Origin: an uncultured delta proteobacterium
GTDB lineage: Bacteria > Myxococcota > Kuafuiibacteriia > Kuafuiibacteriales > Kuafuiibacteriaceae
Assembly (NCBI GenBank): GCA_963803435.1
Contig: CAWDML010000003.1
Coordinates: 256,001 to 320,000, forward strand
Length of the DNA: 64,000 nucleotides
Direction: 5' to 3'
The translations under genes and the position numbers were made by a program. Each line of letters opens with the position of its first letter. The stretch's first letter is position 1. This document shows positions 28,226-38,443 of the stretch, piece by piece. Below the pieces are notes generated by a model, which saw only the letters and a list, made by a program, of their open reading frames with translations, was not told where the DNA came from and ran no database searches.

Positions 28226-31200
28226 TTGCTCTGCTATCGATGCGGGAGTCACGTCCAAGACGGCGCTGAGAAGTGTTGGAACTGCGGAACGATCCTCTCC
28301 GCTTCCACGCGGCGCGGAACCTCGACCGCCGAGCTGCGCGCACGCCAGCGAACCGGCAGTCGAGTCTTCGGTGTCGTCTTCAAGATCGGGGATCTGATCG
28401 CGAACCGGTACCGCGTGAAGGACATCGTCGGATCGGGGGGCGCGGGCGTCGTGTATCGCGCGCACGATCAGGAGATCGACGTCGACGTCGCGGTCAAGGT
28501 CATCAACGCCAAGCTGGTTCAGACCTCCGACGAGCAGCGTCTGTTCTCACGGCAGACGAAGATCTCCCGGAAGCTCTCGCACCAGAACGTGGTCCGCATC
28601 TACGACGAAGGCCGCGACGAGAAGCGCCCGTACTTCACGATGCAGTTCCTCGAGGGGCTCTCGCTGCGGAAGATCATCGACCTGCGCAAGGAGAAGAAGC
28701 AGACGTTCTCGCTGCCCGAGATCGAGCCGATCTTCAACCAGCTCTGCCAGGCGCTCGACTACGCCCACAAGACCACGTTCCACGGGAATCTGAAGCCGGA
28801 CAACGTCATCGTGCTTCCGGACCTGCTGAAGATCACCGACTTCGCGCTGCTCCGCGGGCTGCCGCGCAAGCCGTTCCTCGCGATCCAGAAGTCGCGCGGG
28901 AGCAACTTCCGGTACCTCGCGCCGGAGGTGCGGCTCGAGGTCCCCGACCTGACCAAGTCGGTCGACATGTACTGCCTGGGTGTCGTCCTCTGCGAGATGC
29001 TGACCGGGATCGTCCACGACGACGGGAAGCCCGAGCAGCTCTCCGTCGGGGCCACCGGCCTCGACGCGTCGCTGCTGTCGATCCTCAAGCGGGCGGTGGC
29101 GCGGGCGCCGAAGGATCGGTACGGACACGCCGCCGAGATGTACGAGGACGTCCGCTCGGTGCTGAGCAAGAGCGGAGCGAAGAGCACGCGCGTGCCGGCG
29201 CCGGTCGCCGATCCCGGGCCGGCGACCGAGGCCCCGACGCAGCGGCTCGACATCCGGAAGCACGGGGACCGTCCGGTCGCCGAGCCGGCCTCTGCGGCGC
29301 CCGAGGTCTTCGAGGTGGATCGGCCGGAGGCCCGGATCCAGGCCGCGGAGATGAAGGCCCCGGTCGAGGTCCAGGCGCGGATCGACGTGCCCGAGGCCCC
29401 GGAGGAGAAGCCGCGGGAGCCGTCGGAGACGTTCGCGCTGATCGACGACGACATGATCGAGAGCATGACGCCCTCGGTCGCCACTGCGCTGAAGAAGCAG
29501 AAGAACGGCGTGCCGACCAACGGTGCCGCGCACGAGGTTCACGCGCCCGAGATCCACATCGAGGAGGAGGTCGAGGACGAGCTCCTGATGGACGCGCCCG
29601 AGGTTCAGGAGGGCGAGCCGGCGGCCTTCGCGACCCGGACCGAGCCCGAGGACGAGACGCAGCTCCATGAGGAAGAGGAGCCGACCGAGGCGGCGCTCCT
29701 GGAGGAGATCGGCGACTCCGCGATCGAGCTGATCTCGGATCCGCGGGCCACCAACGTGCTGCGGGTCGACAACGAGGGCGGCCGGGTCAGCCAGGTCGAG
29801 ATCCGGAGCGCGCACCCGACCGTGCAGCCGGTGCCGCTGCCCGACTCCGCGATCCCGGCGCCGGCCTTCTCGCAGGTGGCGCAGGAGGCGACGCGCCAGG
29901 GCCGGCTCGACGTGGTCACGCCGGACGTCCCGGTGGCGCCGGCCGTCGTGGTCCGGGGAGCGCCGGAGAACGGCGGAGGCGCCGGGCCCACGATCCCGAT
30001 CTCGCGACAGGCGACGGAGGCGGTCGTTCGGAAGAAGCCGAAGGAGCGTCCGATGACGCGGCCGCGGATGGTGGCGGCGCAACCCAGCTTGCAACCGGTC
30101 GTGTCGACGATCCCGGGTGGCGTTCCTCCGCACTCCATCCTCGAGTCGAGGCCGCCCGAGCCGGTGCGACCCCAGACGATGCCCTCGATGAGCACGTCCG
30201 CGACCGGCCTGCCCTACGACCAATTCGCGCCGCCATCGTCGAACAACCGGGTGGTGTACTTCACCGTGGCCCTCTCGCTCTTGGCGGTGCTGGTCGCGAT
30301 GGGGATCGTGGTCAAGGTCATCAACGACAGCGCGTCGCAACAGATCGCGGCGATGCACACCGAGATCGCCGATCTCCGCAAGGTGGCGCTGCGCGCGGAT
30401 CAGGCGGAGAAGGTGGCGATGGCGCAGGCCGAGAGCGCCGCCAAGGAGGTCGCCGACGCCGCCAAGCAGGAGGAGGCCGCCCGGACCGCCGCCGCCGAGG
30501 CGCAGCGCAAGAGGGGGGAGGCCGAGGCCGCTGCGAAGCGGGCCGACGCCGAGGTCAAGAAGCGCGAGAGCGAGGCCAAGGCCGCCGCCGACGCGCGGGC
30601 GCGCGACGAGGCGAGGAAGAAGGCCGAGGAGGCGCGCGCCGAGTCGGAGTCCCGGCGCAAGACCGCCGACGTCGAGGCGAAGCGCGAGAAGGACGAGCGG
30701 GATCGGGCCGAGCGCGAGCGCAAGCGCCGCGAGGCCCAGGAGCAGGCCAAGGTCGACGCCGAGCGCCGCGCCGAGTCGGAGCGGGCGGCCAAGCAGCGCG
30801 CCGAGGAGAAGGCCGAGCGCCTGAAGGCGGAGCGCGAAGCGGCGGCCGAGGCCAAGGCCGACGCTGCCGAGGCGCAGAAGCAGAAGAAGGCCGACGAGGA
30901 GGCGCAGCAGAAGACCGCCGAGGAGGAGCGCCGCAAGAAGGATGAGGAAGACCGGCGCAAGCGGGAGGAGGAGGAGAAGAAGCTGGCGGCGATCGCGCCG
31001 GTGGAGGATGCCTCCTGTCCCAAGGGCATGGTGCTGGTGAAGGCGGGCGCGTTCATGATGGGAGCGCCGCGCAACGATCCCGAGCGCAACTTCGGCGACG
31101 CCAACTACGAATCTGTCGAGGTCGGCGCCTTCTGCATCGACTACTACGAGTACCCGAACGGCCGGGGCCGCGCGCCCACGACCCGTCTCTCGTTCAAGAC

Positions 31201-31588
31201 CGCCGCCGACCGCTGCAAGAAGCGCGGTAAGCGGCTCTGCAGCGAGGAGGAGTGGGAGAAGGCGTGCAAGGGGCCGAGCGGAAGCCGCTACCCGTACGGC
31301 AACGCCTGGAACCCGACGGCGTGCAACACCGAGGACGACGAGGGCAACGATTGGGAGGTCGGGAAGTCCGGAGCGTTCCGCAACTGTCGCTCGGGCTACA
31401 ACGTCTTCGACATGTCCGGGAACGTGGCCGAGTGGGTCTCCACCCAGGCCGGCGGCCGGGTGGTGGTGAAGGGCGGCTCTTCGGACCGTCCGGGCTACGA
31501 CGGCCGCTGTGCCGCCCGAAAGAAGGAGAAGCCCACCGCCACCGAGGAGCTCCTCGGGTTCCGCTGCTGCACCGAGCCGAGCAAGTGA
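28226..31588 (+). CDS. Zn-ribbon + kinase-like domain + TM + coiled coil + FGE-sulfatase (SUMF1) domain protein
   Basis: CYRC..CWNC; GSGGAG, VAVK, HGNLKPDN, DFA, APE; TM; A/E/K/R-rich helix; CPKGMVLV, RLCSEEEWEKAC, DMSGNVAEW, GFRCC. Confidence 0.85.
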   Translation: MLCYRCGSHVQDGAEKCWNCGTILSASTRRGTSTAELRARQRTGSRVFGVVFKIGDLIANRYRVKDIVGSGGAGVVYRAHDQEIDVDVAVKVINAKLVQTSDEQRLFSRQTKISRKLSHQNVVRIYDEGRDEKRPYFTMQFLEGLSLRKIIDLRKEKKQTFSLPEIEPIFNQLCQALDYAHKTTFHGNLKPDNVIVLPDLLKITDFALLRGLPRKPFLAIQKSRGSNFRYLAPEVRLEVPDLTKSVDMYCLGVVLCEMLTGIVHDDGKPEQLSVGATGLDASLLSILKRAVARAPKDRYGHAAEMYEDVRSVLSKSGAKSTRVPAPVADPGPATEAPTQRLDIRKHGDRPVAEPASAAPEVFEVDRPEARIQAAEMKAPVEVQARIDVPEAPEEKPREPSETFALIDDDMIESMTPSVATALKKQKNGVPTNGAAHEVHAPEIHIEEEVEDELLMDAPEVQEGEPAAFATRTEPEDETQLHEEEEPTEAALLEEIGDSAIELISDPRATNVLRVDNEGGRVSQVEIRSAHPTVQPVPLPDSAIPAPAFSQVAQEATRQGRLDVVTPDVPVAPAVVVRGAPENGGGAGPTIPISRQATEAVVRKKPKERPMTRPRMVAAQPSLQPVVSTIPGGVPPHSILESRPPEPVRPQTMPSMSTSATGLPYDQFAPPSSNNRVVYFTVALSLLAVLVAMGIVVKVINDSASQQIAAMHTEIADLRKVALRADQAEKVAMAQAESAAKEVADAAKQEEAARTAAAEAQRKRGEAEAAAKRADAEVKKRESEAKAAADARARDEARKKAEEARAESESRRKTADVEAKREKDERDRAERERKRREAQEQAKVDAERRAESERAAKQRAEEKAERLKAEREAAAEAKADAAEAQKQKKADEEAQQKTAEEERRKKDEEDRRKREEEEKKLAAIAPVEDASCPKGMVLVKAGAFMMGAPRNDPERNFGDANYESVEVGAFCIDYYEYPNGRGRAPTTRLSFKTAADRCKKRGKRLCSEEEWEKACKGPSGSRYPYGNAWNPTACNTEDDEGNDWEVGKSGAFRNCRSGYNVFDMSGNVAEWVSTQAGGRVVVKGGSSDRPGYDGRCAARKKEKPTATEELLGFRCCTEPSK

Positions 31589-32902
31589 TCCCGCGCTACA
31601 CACCGGACGACGTGGGCGCGATCTGGACGGACGCGCATCGGGTCGAGAGCTGGCTTCGGGTCGAGGTCGCCGCCTGCGAGGCCATGGCGGAGCTGAGGCT
31701 GATCCCGGAGGCGGACGTGGCCGCGATCCGCGACGCGGCCGCCCGCTGCGACAAGGCGCTCCTGGCCCGAAGGGCCCTCGAGATCGAGGCGGTCACGCGC
31801 CACGACGTCATCGCGTTCCTCACCGCGTTCGAGGAGGTGGCCGGCCCGGTGGCGCGGCACGTGCACTTCGGGCTGACGTCGAGCGACGTCCTCGACACCG
31901 CGTTCGCGCTGCTGCTCCTGGAGAGCCTCGACATCATCGAGCGCGATCTGGCGGGGCTGCGGGCGGCGATCGGCGTGCGCGCACGCGAGCACGTGCACAC
32001 GCCGATGATCGGCCGCTCGCACGGGATCCACGCCGAGCCGATCACGTTCGGGATGGTGCTGGCCTCGTGGTACGCCGAGCTCACGCGAAGCCAGCGCCGG
32101 CTTCAGGCCGTGCGCCGCGAGATTCGCGGTCGGCAAGCTCTCCGGAGCGGTGGGTACCAACGCGCACCTTCCGGCCGAGGTGGAGTCGAAGACGCTGGCG
32201 AAGCTCGGCCTCGCAGTCGAGACGGTGTCGACGCAGGTGGTCGCCCGCGATCGTCACGCGCAGCTCTTCGGGACGCTCGCCACGCTGGCGGCCTCGCTCG
32301 AGCGCTTCGCCGTGGAGCTCCGTCACCTCCAGCGGACGGAGGTTCGCGAGGTCGAGGAGCCGTTCGGGCAGGGCCAGAAGGGCTCGAGCGCGATGCCACA
32401 CAAGCGCAACCCTATCCTCTCGGAGAACGTGACCGGCCTGGCCCGGCTGGTTCGAGGGTGGGCGGTGGCGGCGTACGAAGACGTGGCCCTGTGGCACGAG
32501 CGGGACATCTCACACTCGTCGGTGGAGCGGGTGATCGGACCGGACGCGACCGCGACGATCGTGTTCATGCTGCGGCGGATGAAGCGGATCGTCGAGGGCA
32601 TGGTCGTCCATCCCGAGCGCATGAAGGCGAACCTGGAGCTGATGAACGGGCTGGTCTTCTCGCAGGCGGTGCTGCTGGCGCTGACCTCCCGGGGGCTCGA
32701 ACGGCAGCAGGCGTACGTGATGGTGCAGCGCGCGGCGATGCGGGTCTGGGACGAGGGGATCGATCTCAAGAGCGCGCTGCTCTCGGACCCTGAGATCCCG
32801 CGCCAGCTGGATCTGGCGGCGCTCGACCGCTGCTTCGATCTCGACTACCAGCTCCGCGCCGTCCCCGACATCGTGGCGCGGGCCCTGGCCGAAACGCCCT
32901 GA
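31585..32902 (+). CDS. purB: Adenylosuccinate lyase; frameshift at ~32123
   Basis: TRHDVIAF, HFGLTSSD, GRSHGIHAEP, GKLSGAVGT, GSSAMPHKRNP, WHERDISHSSVER. Confidence 0.95.
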
Positions 32903-32904
32903 GC

Positions 32905-33726
32905 TCAGGTCCCCGCCTCCAGCGCCTTCGGTGCCTCCGGCTGCCGCATGGTGAAATAGGCGAGCGCGGTCGCCAGGCGACGCGGAGTGAAACGGATCGA
33001 CCAGGCCGCCAGCGCATTCGCGAAGCCGGGGACGATCGAGGCCCGCCGTTTCAGCAGGGCGCGAATCCCGATCCGCGCCACCTCGGGGCTCTTCATCATG
33101 AACAGCCGCTGGTACAGCGTCGCCTTCTGGCCGGACACCTCCAGGAACTCGGTGGCCGTGACGCCGGGTGAGACCACCGTGCAGCTGACGCCGGTGCCCT
33201 TGAGCTCGTAGTTGAGCGCCTCGCCGTAGCTGAGGACGAACGCCTTGGCGGCCGAGTAGGCGGCATAGGTGGGGGTCGGCTGGTACGCGCCGACCGAGGA
33301 GACCTGGAGGATGCGGCCGAAGCCGCGCTCGCGCATGCCGCGGGCGAAGAGCTTCGAGAGCTCGACCAGCGTGAGGATGTCGAGCTCGAGCATGGCGCGC
33401 TCGCGGTCCCAGGGGAGGTCGACCGCATTGCCGTAGAGGCCGAAGCCGGCGTTGTTCACCAGGACATCAATCGCGCGGCCGCGCTCACCGACCACCTCTC
33501 GGTGGAGCTGGGCCGGACCGTCGGCGGTGCCGAGATCCAGGGCGATGACGTCGACCTCCACTCCGTGCTGCGATTGGAGCTCCTCGCCGACTGCGGTGAG
33601 GCGGTCCTCGCGCCTTGCCACGAGCACCAGGTTCGCACCCCGGGCGGCGAGCTCCCGCGCGAAGTCGACCCCGAGCCCGCTCGAGGCTCCCGTCACCAGC
33701 GCCCATCTTCCACTCAGCTCTTTCAT
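32905..33726 (-). CDS. Short-chain dehydrogenase/reductase
   Basis: TGASSGLG, VNNAGFG, YSAAK. Confidence 0.92.
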   Translation of the reverse strand: MKELSGRWALVTGASSGLGVDFARELAARGANLVLVARREDRLTAVGEELQSQHGVEVDVIALDLGTADGPAQLHREVVGERGRAIDVLVNNAGFGLYGNAVDLPWDRERAMLELDILTLVELSKLFARGMRERGFGRILQVSSVGAYQPTPTYAAYSAAKAFVLSYGEALNYELKGTGVSCTVVSPGVTATEFLEVSGQKATLYQRLFMMKSPEVARIGIRALLKRRASIVPGFANALAAWSIRFTPRRLATALAYFTMRQPEAPKALEAGT

Positions 33727-33737
33727 GCGTCTCCTTT

Positions 33738-33826
33738 ATGACCTTGGGTCATTTAATTAATGACCGAAGGTCATATGTCAAGCTTGACTTGCGCGGCTGA
33801 ACACCTGGATAGTGACCTCGGGTCAG
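33738..33826. promoter_or_regulatory. Three TGACC-N3-GGTCA palindromes: putative TetR operators
   Basis: ATGACCttgGGTCAT 33738-33752, ATGACCgaaGGTCAT 33760-33774, gTGACCtcgGGTCAg 33812-33826. Confidence 0.8.
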
Positions 33827-34462
33827 ATGCAGAGAGCGAGAAAGGCCGAAGATAGGGCATTTCGGCGAGAAGCGCTGCTGGACGCGGCTCGTGCGCTGTT
33901 CGCCACCTCACGGTATCGCGACGTGAAGATGGTCGACGTGGCGCGTCTGGCGGAGGTGGCGAAGGGGACCGTGTTCCTGTACTTCCCGACCAAGGAGTCG
34001 CTGTTCCTGGCGCTCTTCGAGGACGAGCTGGTCCGGTGGGCCGACGATCTCGCGAGCGCGCTCTCCCGGACGCGGAGCCGGTCGCCGTCCGGAATCGCCT
34101 CGATCATCGTGGCCAGCCTGAAGGGGCGGGATGCCTTCACGCGCTTGCTGCCGCTGGTCGATCACGTGCTGGAGGAGAACGTGGCGGTCGAGCAGATCAT
34201 CGCGCTCAAGACGAACGTGGTGCGAAAGATGCTGCCGCTGGCGGCGATCGTGGAAGAGCGGCTCGAGCTGTCGCCCAGGAGCGGCGGTCCGTTGCTCCTC
34301 GAGATCTACGCGATGCTCCTCGGCCTGGTGCAGCTCTCCGATCCGTGCCCGGCCGCGCGGGCGGCGCTCGAGCAGCCGCACCTCGCACCGCTGGTGCTCT
34401 CGCTCGAGGCCGCGCTGGGGCCGGCGCTGACGCGACTCCTCAAGGGCGCCTCGGATGGCTAG
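33812..34462 (+). CDS. TetR family transcriptional regulator
   Basis: RREALLDAARALF..VARLAEVAKGTVFLYFPTKESLFL; divergent from the SDR gene; start may be ATG 33827. Confidence 0.92.
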   Translation: MTSGQMQRARKAEDRAFRREALLDAARALFATSRYRDVKMVDVARLAEVAKGTVFLYFPTKESLFLALFEDELVRWADDLASALSRTRSRSPSGIASIIVASLKGRDAFTRLLPLVDHVLEENVAVEQIIALKTNVVRKMLPLAAIVEERLELSPRSGGPLLLEIYAMLLGLVQLSDPCPAARAALEQPHLAPLVLSLEAALGPALTRLLKGASDG

Positions 34463-34545
34463 ATCATCCACGATCACGACTCCAACCGCCGAGCTCCAGC
34501 GTCCGCCGAAGCGACGTGAACCATTCCCTGAGTCGAGGTACGAGA

Positions 34546-35187
34546 TCAGATCTCGAGGCGCAGGCCGAGACCCAGGCGCAGGAAGCCGAGGTCGGCCGCG
34601 TTGCCCCGCTGTTGGCCGCGGGCCAGCGGTGGGGTGGTTCCGTCGAGGGTGGCGTACACACCCAGCCAGGCGAGGAGGTCGAGCGTGGTCGCCAGGCCGG
34701 CCGCGAAGGACAGGCCGTCGCTGTGGAGCGACCGGCCCGAGGACGGGTCGCAGGTGGCGCGGCAGGGCGCGAGGAACGGCGTGTATTCGAAGCGGCGGAT
34801 CAGGGCGATGCCGGTGCCCGCGTGTCCTTCGATCGTGAACCGCGCGAAGCGTATCCGCGCGCCGAACACCAGGTGGAGCTGGGTCTGCTCGCCGATGGTC
34901 TGGTAGCCCGGCTCCTCGGAGCGCTCGCGCGTGCGAGCCCAGTGGAACGTGAGGCCCCAGTAGAACGGATTGAAGAGGAGGCACACGTCACCAGCCGGCC
35001 CGTACCAGACCGAACCGTCCGAGCCGATCGCCAGCTCGGCGCGGCTCCCAACGCGGAGGAAGTCATGCGTGGGCGTCGCGTGCGCTCGAGCCTCGGCGGC
35101 CACGGCCGGATGGTGGGCCACCTGCGGCGGCTGGAAGACGGGCCGGGGTGGGACCGCCAGGAGGAGACCGAGGAGCGCGGGGCTCAC
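34546..35187 (-). CDS. Putative small outer-membrane beta-barrel protein
   Basis: Signal-like N-terminus, alternating strands, C-terminal FLRLGLGLRLEI; overlaps the upstream stop (GTGA). Confidence 0.55.
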   Translation of the reverse strand: MSPALLGLLLAVPPRPVFQPPQVAHHPAVAAEARAHATPTHDFLRVGSRAELAIGSDGSVWYGPAGDVCLLFNPFYWGLTFHWARTRERSEEPGYQTIGEQTQLHLVFGARIRFARFTIEGHAGTGIALIRRFEYTPFLAPCRATCDPSSGRSLHSDGLSFAAGLATTLDLLAWLGVYATLDGTTPPLARGQQRGNAADLGFLRLGLGLRLEI

Positions 35188-37049
35188 AGCGACTCCAGGT
35201 AGCTCTCGAGATCCGAGAGCTCGGCTTCGGAGAGGCGGGAGGTGTCGCCCATGACGCCGCTCCTCGACAGCTCCAGCACGCCGTGGAGCGTGGCGACCGA
35301 GCCGTCGTGGAAGTAGGGCGCGCTCGCGGAGACGCCGACGAGGCTGGGGGTCTGCGCACCCTCGAGGCCCAGCATGTCGTGGAAGCCGTTGTCGGTGAGC
35401 GCGGGCCCGCCATGGCAGCCGGCACAGCCGACGTCGGGGCGATGGAAGAGCTCGTCGCCGCGCTGGACCCCCGCGTCGAGGCTCCCGCGCCGGCGGGTGT
35501 CGGGCGAGGGGACGGTGTCGAGGAAATCGGAGACCTGGTCGGCCTCGGACTCGGTCAGACCAGCGCCGCCGCTCATGCCTCGGCTGGTGAAGATCGCGTT
35601 TTCGCGCACCGTGGCGCGCTCGCCCTGCCAGCGGTAGGGCGCCGTCAGCGCCAGCTCGCCGGCCAGCGAGGGCGTCTGGCGCAGGCCCTTGGCGAACGTC
35701 CAGGTGATGCCGTCGTCGCGGCCGCCGAAGTGGCAGAGTGCGCAGGACAGGCCGTTCGAGGTGACGCGCGGATCGACGCCCTCGTAGAAGCTCCGAAGAC
35801 CGGCCGCGAGCTCGGGGGCGAGCCGCGAGGGCGCCACCTCGAGGCCCGGCTCGGCGGAGCTGAGCTCGAGCTCCCGCATCCCGAGGCTCTCCTTCGACGG
35901 CATCCACTCGGCCGGTGCGACGCGGACCAGCGTTCGATCGAGGAAGCAGTAGACGACGGCCTCGTCGGGGCTGATGAACGCGGCGGCGGTGGGTCCGGCG
36001 TCGACGTGGAGCCCGCGGACCGGGCGGGGATCGAAGCCGACGTGGGCGGTGCCCTCGAAGAGCGACCAGCGCGTTCCGTCGTTGGGTGCTCGGCGCTCGG
36101 CGACGCTGGCCTCGGGGCGCGGATCCGCGACGACGATCGCGTGCCCGGTCTCCAGCGGCACCAGCAGCGCGTCGCCCGTCGGTGAGACCACGGCGGCGGC
36201 GGGATAGCCGGAAGCCGCGCCGCTGTACACGCCGATGACGGCGGTCTGGTCGGTGCGGGGCTGGCCGCCCGCGTCGAGCGCCACCACCACAATCGAGGGC
36301 TCGAGGTTGGTGTGGACGGAGTAGTAGTAGTCGCCCTCGGTGAAGTCGAGGATCGGCGTGACGTTGTCAGCGAAGTAGCCGGGGAGCAGGAGCTCCTGCC
36401 CGTCGGGGGTGACGGTGGGATCCCCGCTCAAGCGACGGACGAAGCGGATACGCTCCGAGCCGAGGTCGTAGCCGGACAGCCGCTCGGGGAGCGCGATCGG
36501 CTGGGCGGCCGACCTGCCGGCGGCCAGGTCGATGGTGTAGGCCGCGCCGTCGCGCGCCGAAGCGACGTAGAGCGTGCTTCCGCTGGGATGGATCGCGAGC
36601 CAGCGCGGCTCACCGGGCACCCACCATCGGCGGAGCGGGACCAGCGCGCGCGCGTCGATCTCGATGATCTCCTCGCCGAGCGCGGCGGCGACATAGACGC
36701 GATCGCCGAGGGCGACGATGCCGAAGGGCTCGGCCGAGGTGGGAATGTCTCCGAGGCTGGCGAGCGTGGGATCGAGGACCTCGACGGCCCGCGCGTTGCG
36801 CAGGGTGACGAAGAGTCGGCCGTGCGCGCGGGCGATCCGGGTGGGCTCTCCCGCGAGGGCGCGCTCGAGCACTGCGCCCGTGTCGAGGTTGACGGCGGCC
36901 ACCGTGCCCTCGATGGGATCGACGGCGTAGACCGTCCGGCCGTCTTCGGCGGCCACCAGCGCCTGGCTCCCGTACGGGCCGCCCTCGGTCGGGATCTCGT
37001 TCGACCCGCAGGCGGCCAGGATCAGCAGCAGACTCGTCCGTTGATGCAT
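35184..37049 (-). CDS. Lipoprotein: YncE-like beta-propeller + di-haem cytochrome c peroxidase-like domain
   Basis: LAAC lipobox; propeller repeats; CALCH and CAGCH; RQTPSL, TPSLVGVSASAPYFHDGS. Confidence 0.85.
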   Translation of the reverse strand: MHQRTSLLLILAACGSNEIPTEGGPYGSQALVAAEDGRTVYAVDPIEGTVAAVNLDTGAVLERALAGEPTRIARAHGRLFVTLRNARAVEVLDPTLASLGDIPTSAEPFGIVALGDRVYVAAALGEEIIEIDARALVPLRRWWVPGEPRWLAIHPSGSTLYVASARDGAAYTIDLAAGRSAAQPIALPERLSGYDLGSERIRFVRRLSGDPTVTPDGQELLLPGYFADNVTPILDFTEGDYYYSVHTNLEPSIVVVALDAGGQPRTDQTAVIGVYSGAASGYPAAAVVSPTGDALLVPLETGHAIVVADPRPEASVAERRAPNDGTRWSLFEGTAHVGFDPRPVRGLHVDAGPTAAAFISPDEAVVYCFLDRTLVRVAPAEWMPSKESLGMRELELSSAEPGLEVAPSRLAPELAAGLRSFYEGVDPRVTSNGLSCALCHFGGRDDGITWTFAKGLRQTPSLAGELALTAPYRWQGERATVRENAIFTSRGMSGGAGLTESEADQVSDFLDTVPSPDTRRRGSLDAGVQRGDELFHRPDVGCAGCHGGPALTDNGFHDMLGLEGAQTPSLVGVSASAPYFHDGSVATLHGVLELSRSGVMGDTSRLSEAELSDLESYLESL

Positions 37050-37109
37050 GCGTGTGCCTCCGCGGGATGAGTGGCGGGAGGGCGGTGAACCTTACGAGTG
37101 TTTCGCGGG

Positions 37110-38417
37110 TCAGTTCTGAAACGGATCGTCGCCGTCGAGGAGCGCGGAGAGGCCGTAGGAGGCGCCGCCGAGGGCCAGGCCGGCCACCAGCTGGATCCAG
37201 GGGAAGTCGTCGTCCTCACCGATGAAGAGCGTGCCGAGCGACCAGGCCAGCCCGGCGACGGCGAGGCTGTAGCCGAGCGGCGCGAAGAGCACCGAGCCCC
37301 GGTTGACGTCGTCGTCGAACGTGGGCGCACGCCCGGGCCGATAGCCCCCGAGCTTCGTGAACTGCGAGTTGCTGCAGCCCGTCTCCATGCCCTCGAGGGT
37401 GGGACAGTAGGTCTTCACGCTGCCGTCCGCGGTCGCCAGGGCGGCTCCGGCGATGGCTGCGCCCGCGACGGCCACCGCCGCGCCGCCCCACAAGAGTCCC
37501 TGTCGGAACGCGGTGGTGACCGGCGAGCCGCTCTCGATCAGCTGGACCGAGAGGCGCGTGGGCTTGCCGCGCTCGACGTCCACCTTGGTCTCGTAGGTGC
37601 GATACGCGGGGTGCTCGAAGTGGAGGAGGTGGCTGCCGGCCGGCACGTTGAGCACGCGGGTCACGCCGCTCGCGGTGGTCCCGATGGCTGTGCCGTCCAC
37701 GGATACCCCGGCGCCGGCGACGGTGGTCTCGATCTCGACGGACCCGTACGGCTCCCAGTCGCCGCTGTCGTTGAGGTGGCGCCGCAGCTCGGTCATGAAC
37801 CAGTCCTCGAGGAAGTGCTGCGCCTCCTCCTCGCTCTTGAGATCGTGCTCGACCGGCTTGCCGATCAACGCGTACTCGTTGATCCGAGCCTCGGTGGCGC
37901 GCTCCCATCCCGGCCGCTCGCGGAGCGCCTCGTGGTAGTACTCGAGCGCGATATCCGTATCGATCATCGTGATCGACAGTCGATCGGACTCGTCGAGGGT
38001 GAGGTTCGAGAGCACCAGGAGATAGGGCGCGTAGACGATCTTCTTCTTCTTCAGATACGCGAGATGCTCGTCGAACGGCGCGATGGTGCCGTTGGGGAGG
38101 AGGTACACCGCGCGGTTGTAGTCGGTGCGCACCTGCTGAACCATGCACCCGAGCTGGCCTTTGCACTCGGCGACGGCGAGCGGATCGACGATCTCGAGCT
38201 CGAAGTCGGTATGCTTCGCGAACAGCTCCGAGGCGATCCGGATGATCTCGGAGCTCGACGTGTTCGCGACGTTGCCGCTGGGCGTGATCAGCAGGAAGGC
38301 GAGGGGCTTGCGATTGCTGGGGAGGATCAGATCGTTGCCGCCCGGACCCTCCCCGGCGCGGGCGGTCGCGGCCAGAGGGACGAGGAGCGCCAGCACGAGG
38401 GCGGAGAGGGCGCGCAT
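37110..38417 (-). CDS. PEGA domain protein with C-terminal TM helices
   Basis: Signal peptide; GAGVSVDGTAIGTT..VPAGSHLLHFEHPAY; hydrophobic C-terminus. Confidence 0.75.
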   Translation of the reverse strand: MRALSALVLALLVPLAATARAGEGPGGNDLILPSNRKPLAFLLITPSGNVANTSSSEIIRIASELFAKHTDFELEIVDPLAVAECKGQLGCMVQQVRTDYNRAVYLLPNGTIAPFDEHLAYLKKKKIVYAPYLLVLSNLTLDESDRLSITMIDTDIALEYYHEALRERPGWERATEARINEYALIGKPVEHDLKSEEEAQHFLEDWFMTELRRHLNDSGDWEPYGSVEIETTVAGAGVSVDGTAIGTTASGVTRVLNVPAGSHLLHFEHPAYRTYETKVDVERGKPTRLSVQLIESGSPVTTAFRQGLLWGGAAVAVAGAAIAGAALATADGSVKTYCPTLEGMETGCSNSQFTKLGGYRPGRAPTFDDDVNRGSVLFAPLGYSLAVAGLAWSLGTLFIGEDDDFPWIQLVAGLALGGASYGLSALLDGDDPFQN

Positions 38418-38443
38418 CCGCGCAGAATCCTAGTGCAGGCGGG

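Noticed and set aside
30400-30990. Repetitive GCC/GAG/AAG-rich DNA as a repeat element
   Set aside because: Simply encodes the Ala/Glu/Lys/Arg coiled coil of the kinase-FGE protein.
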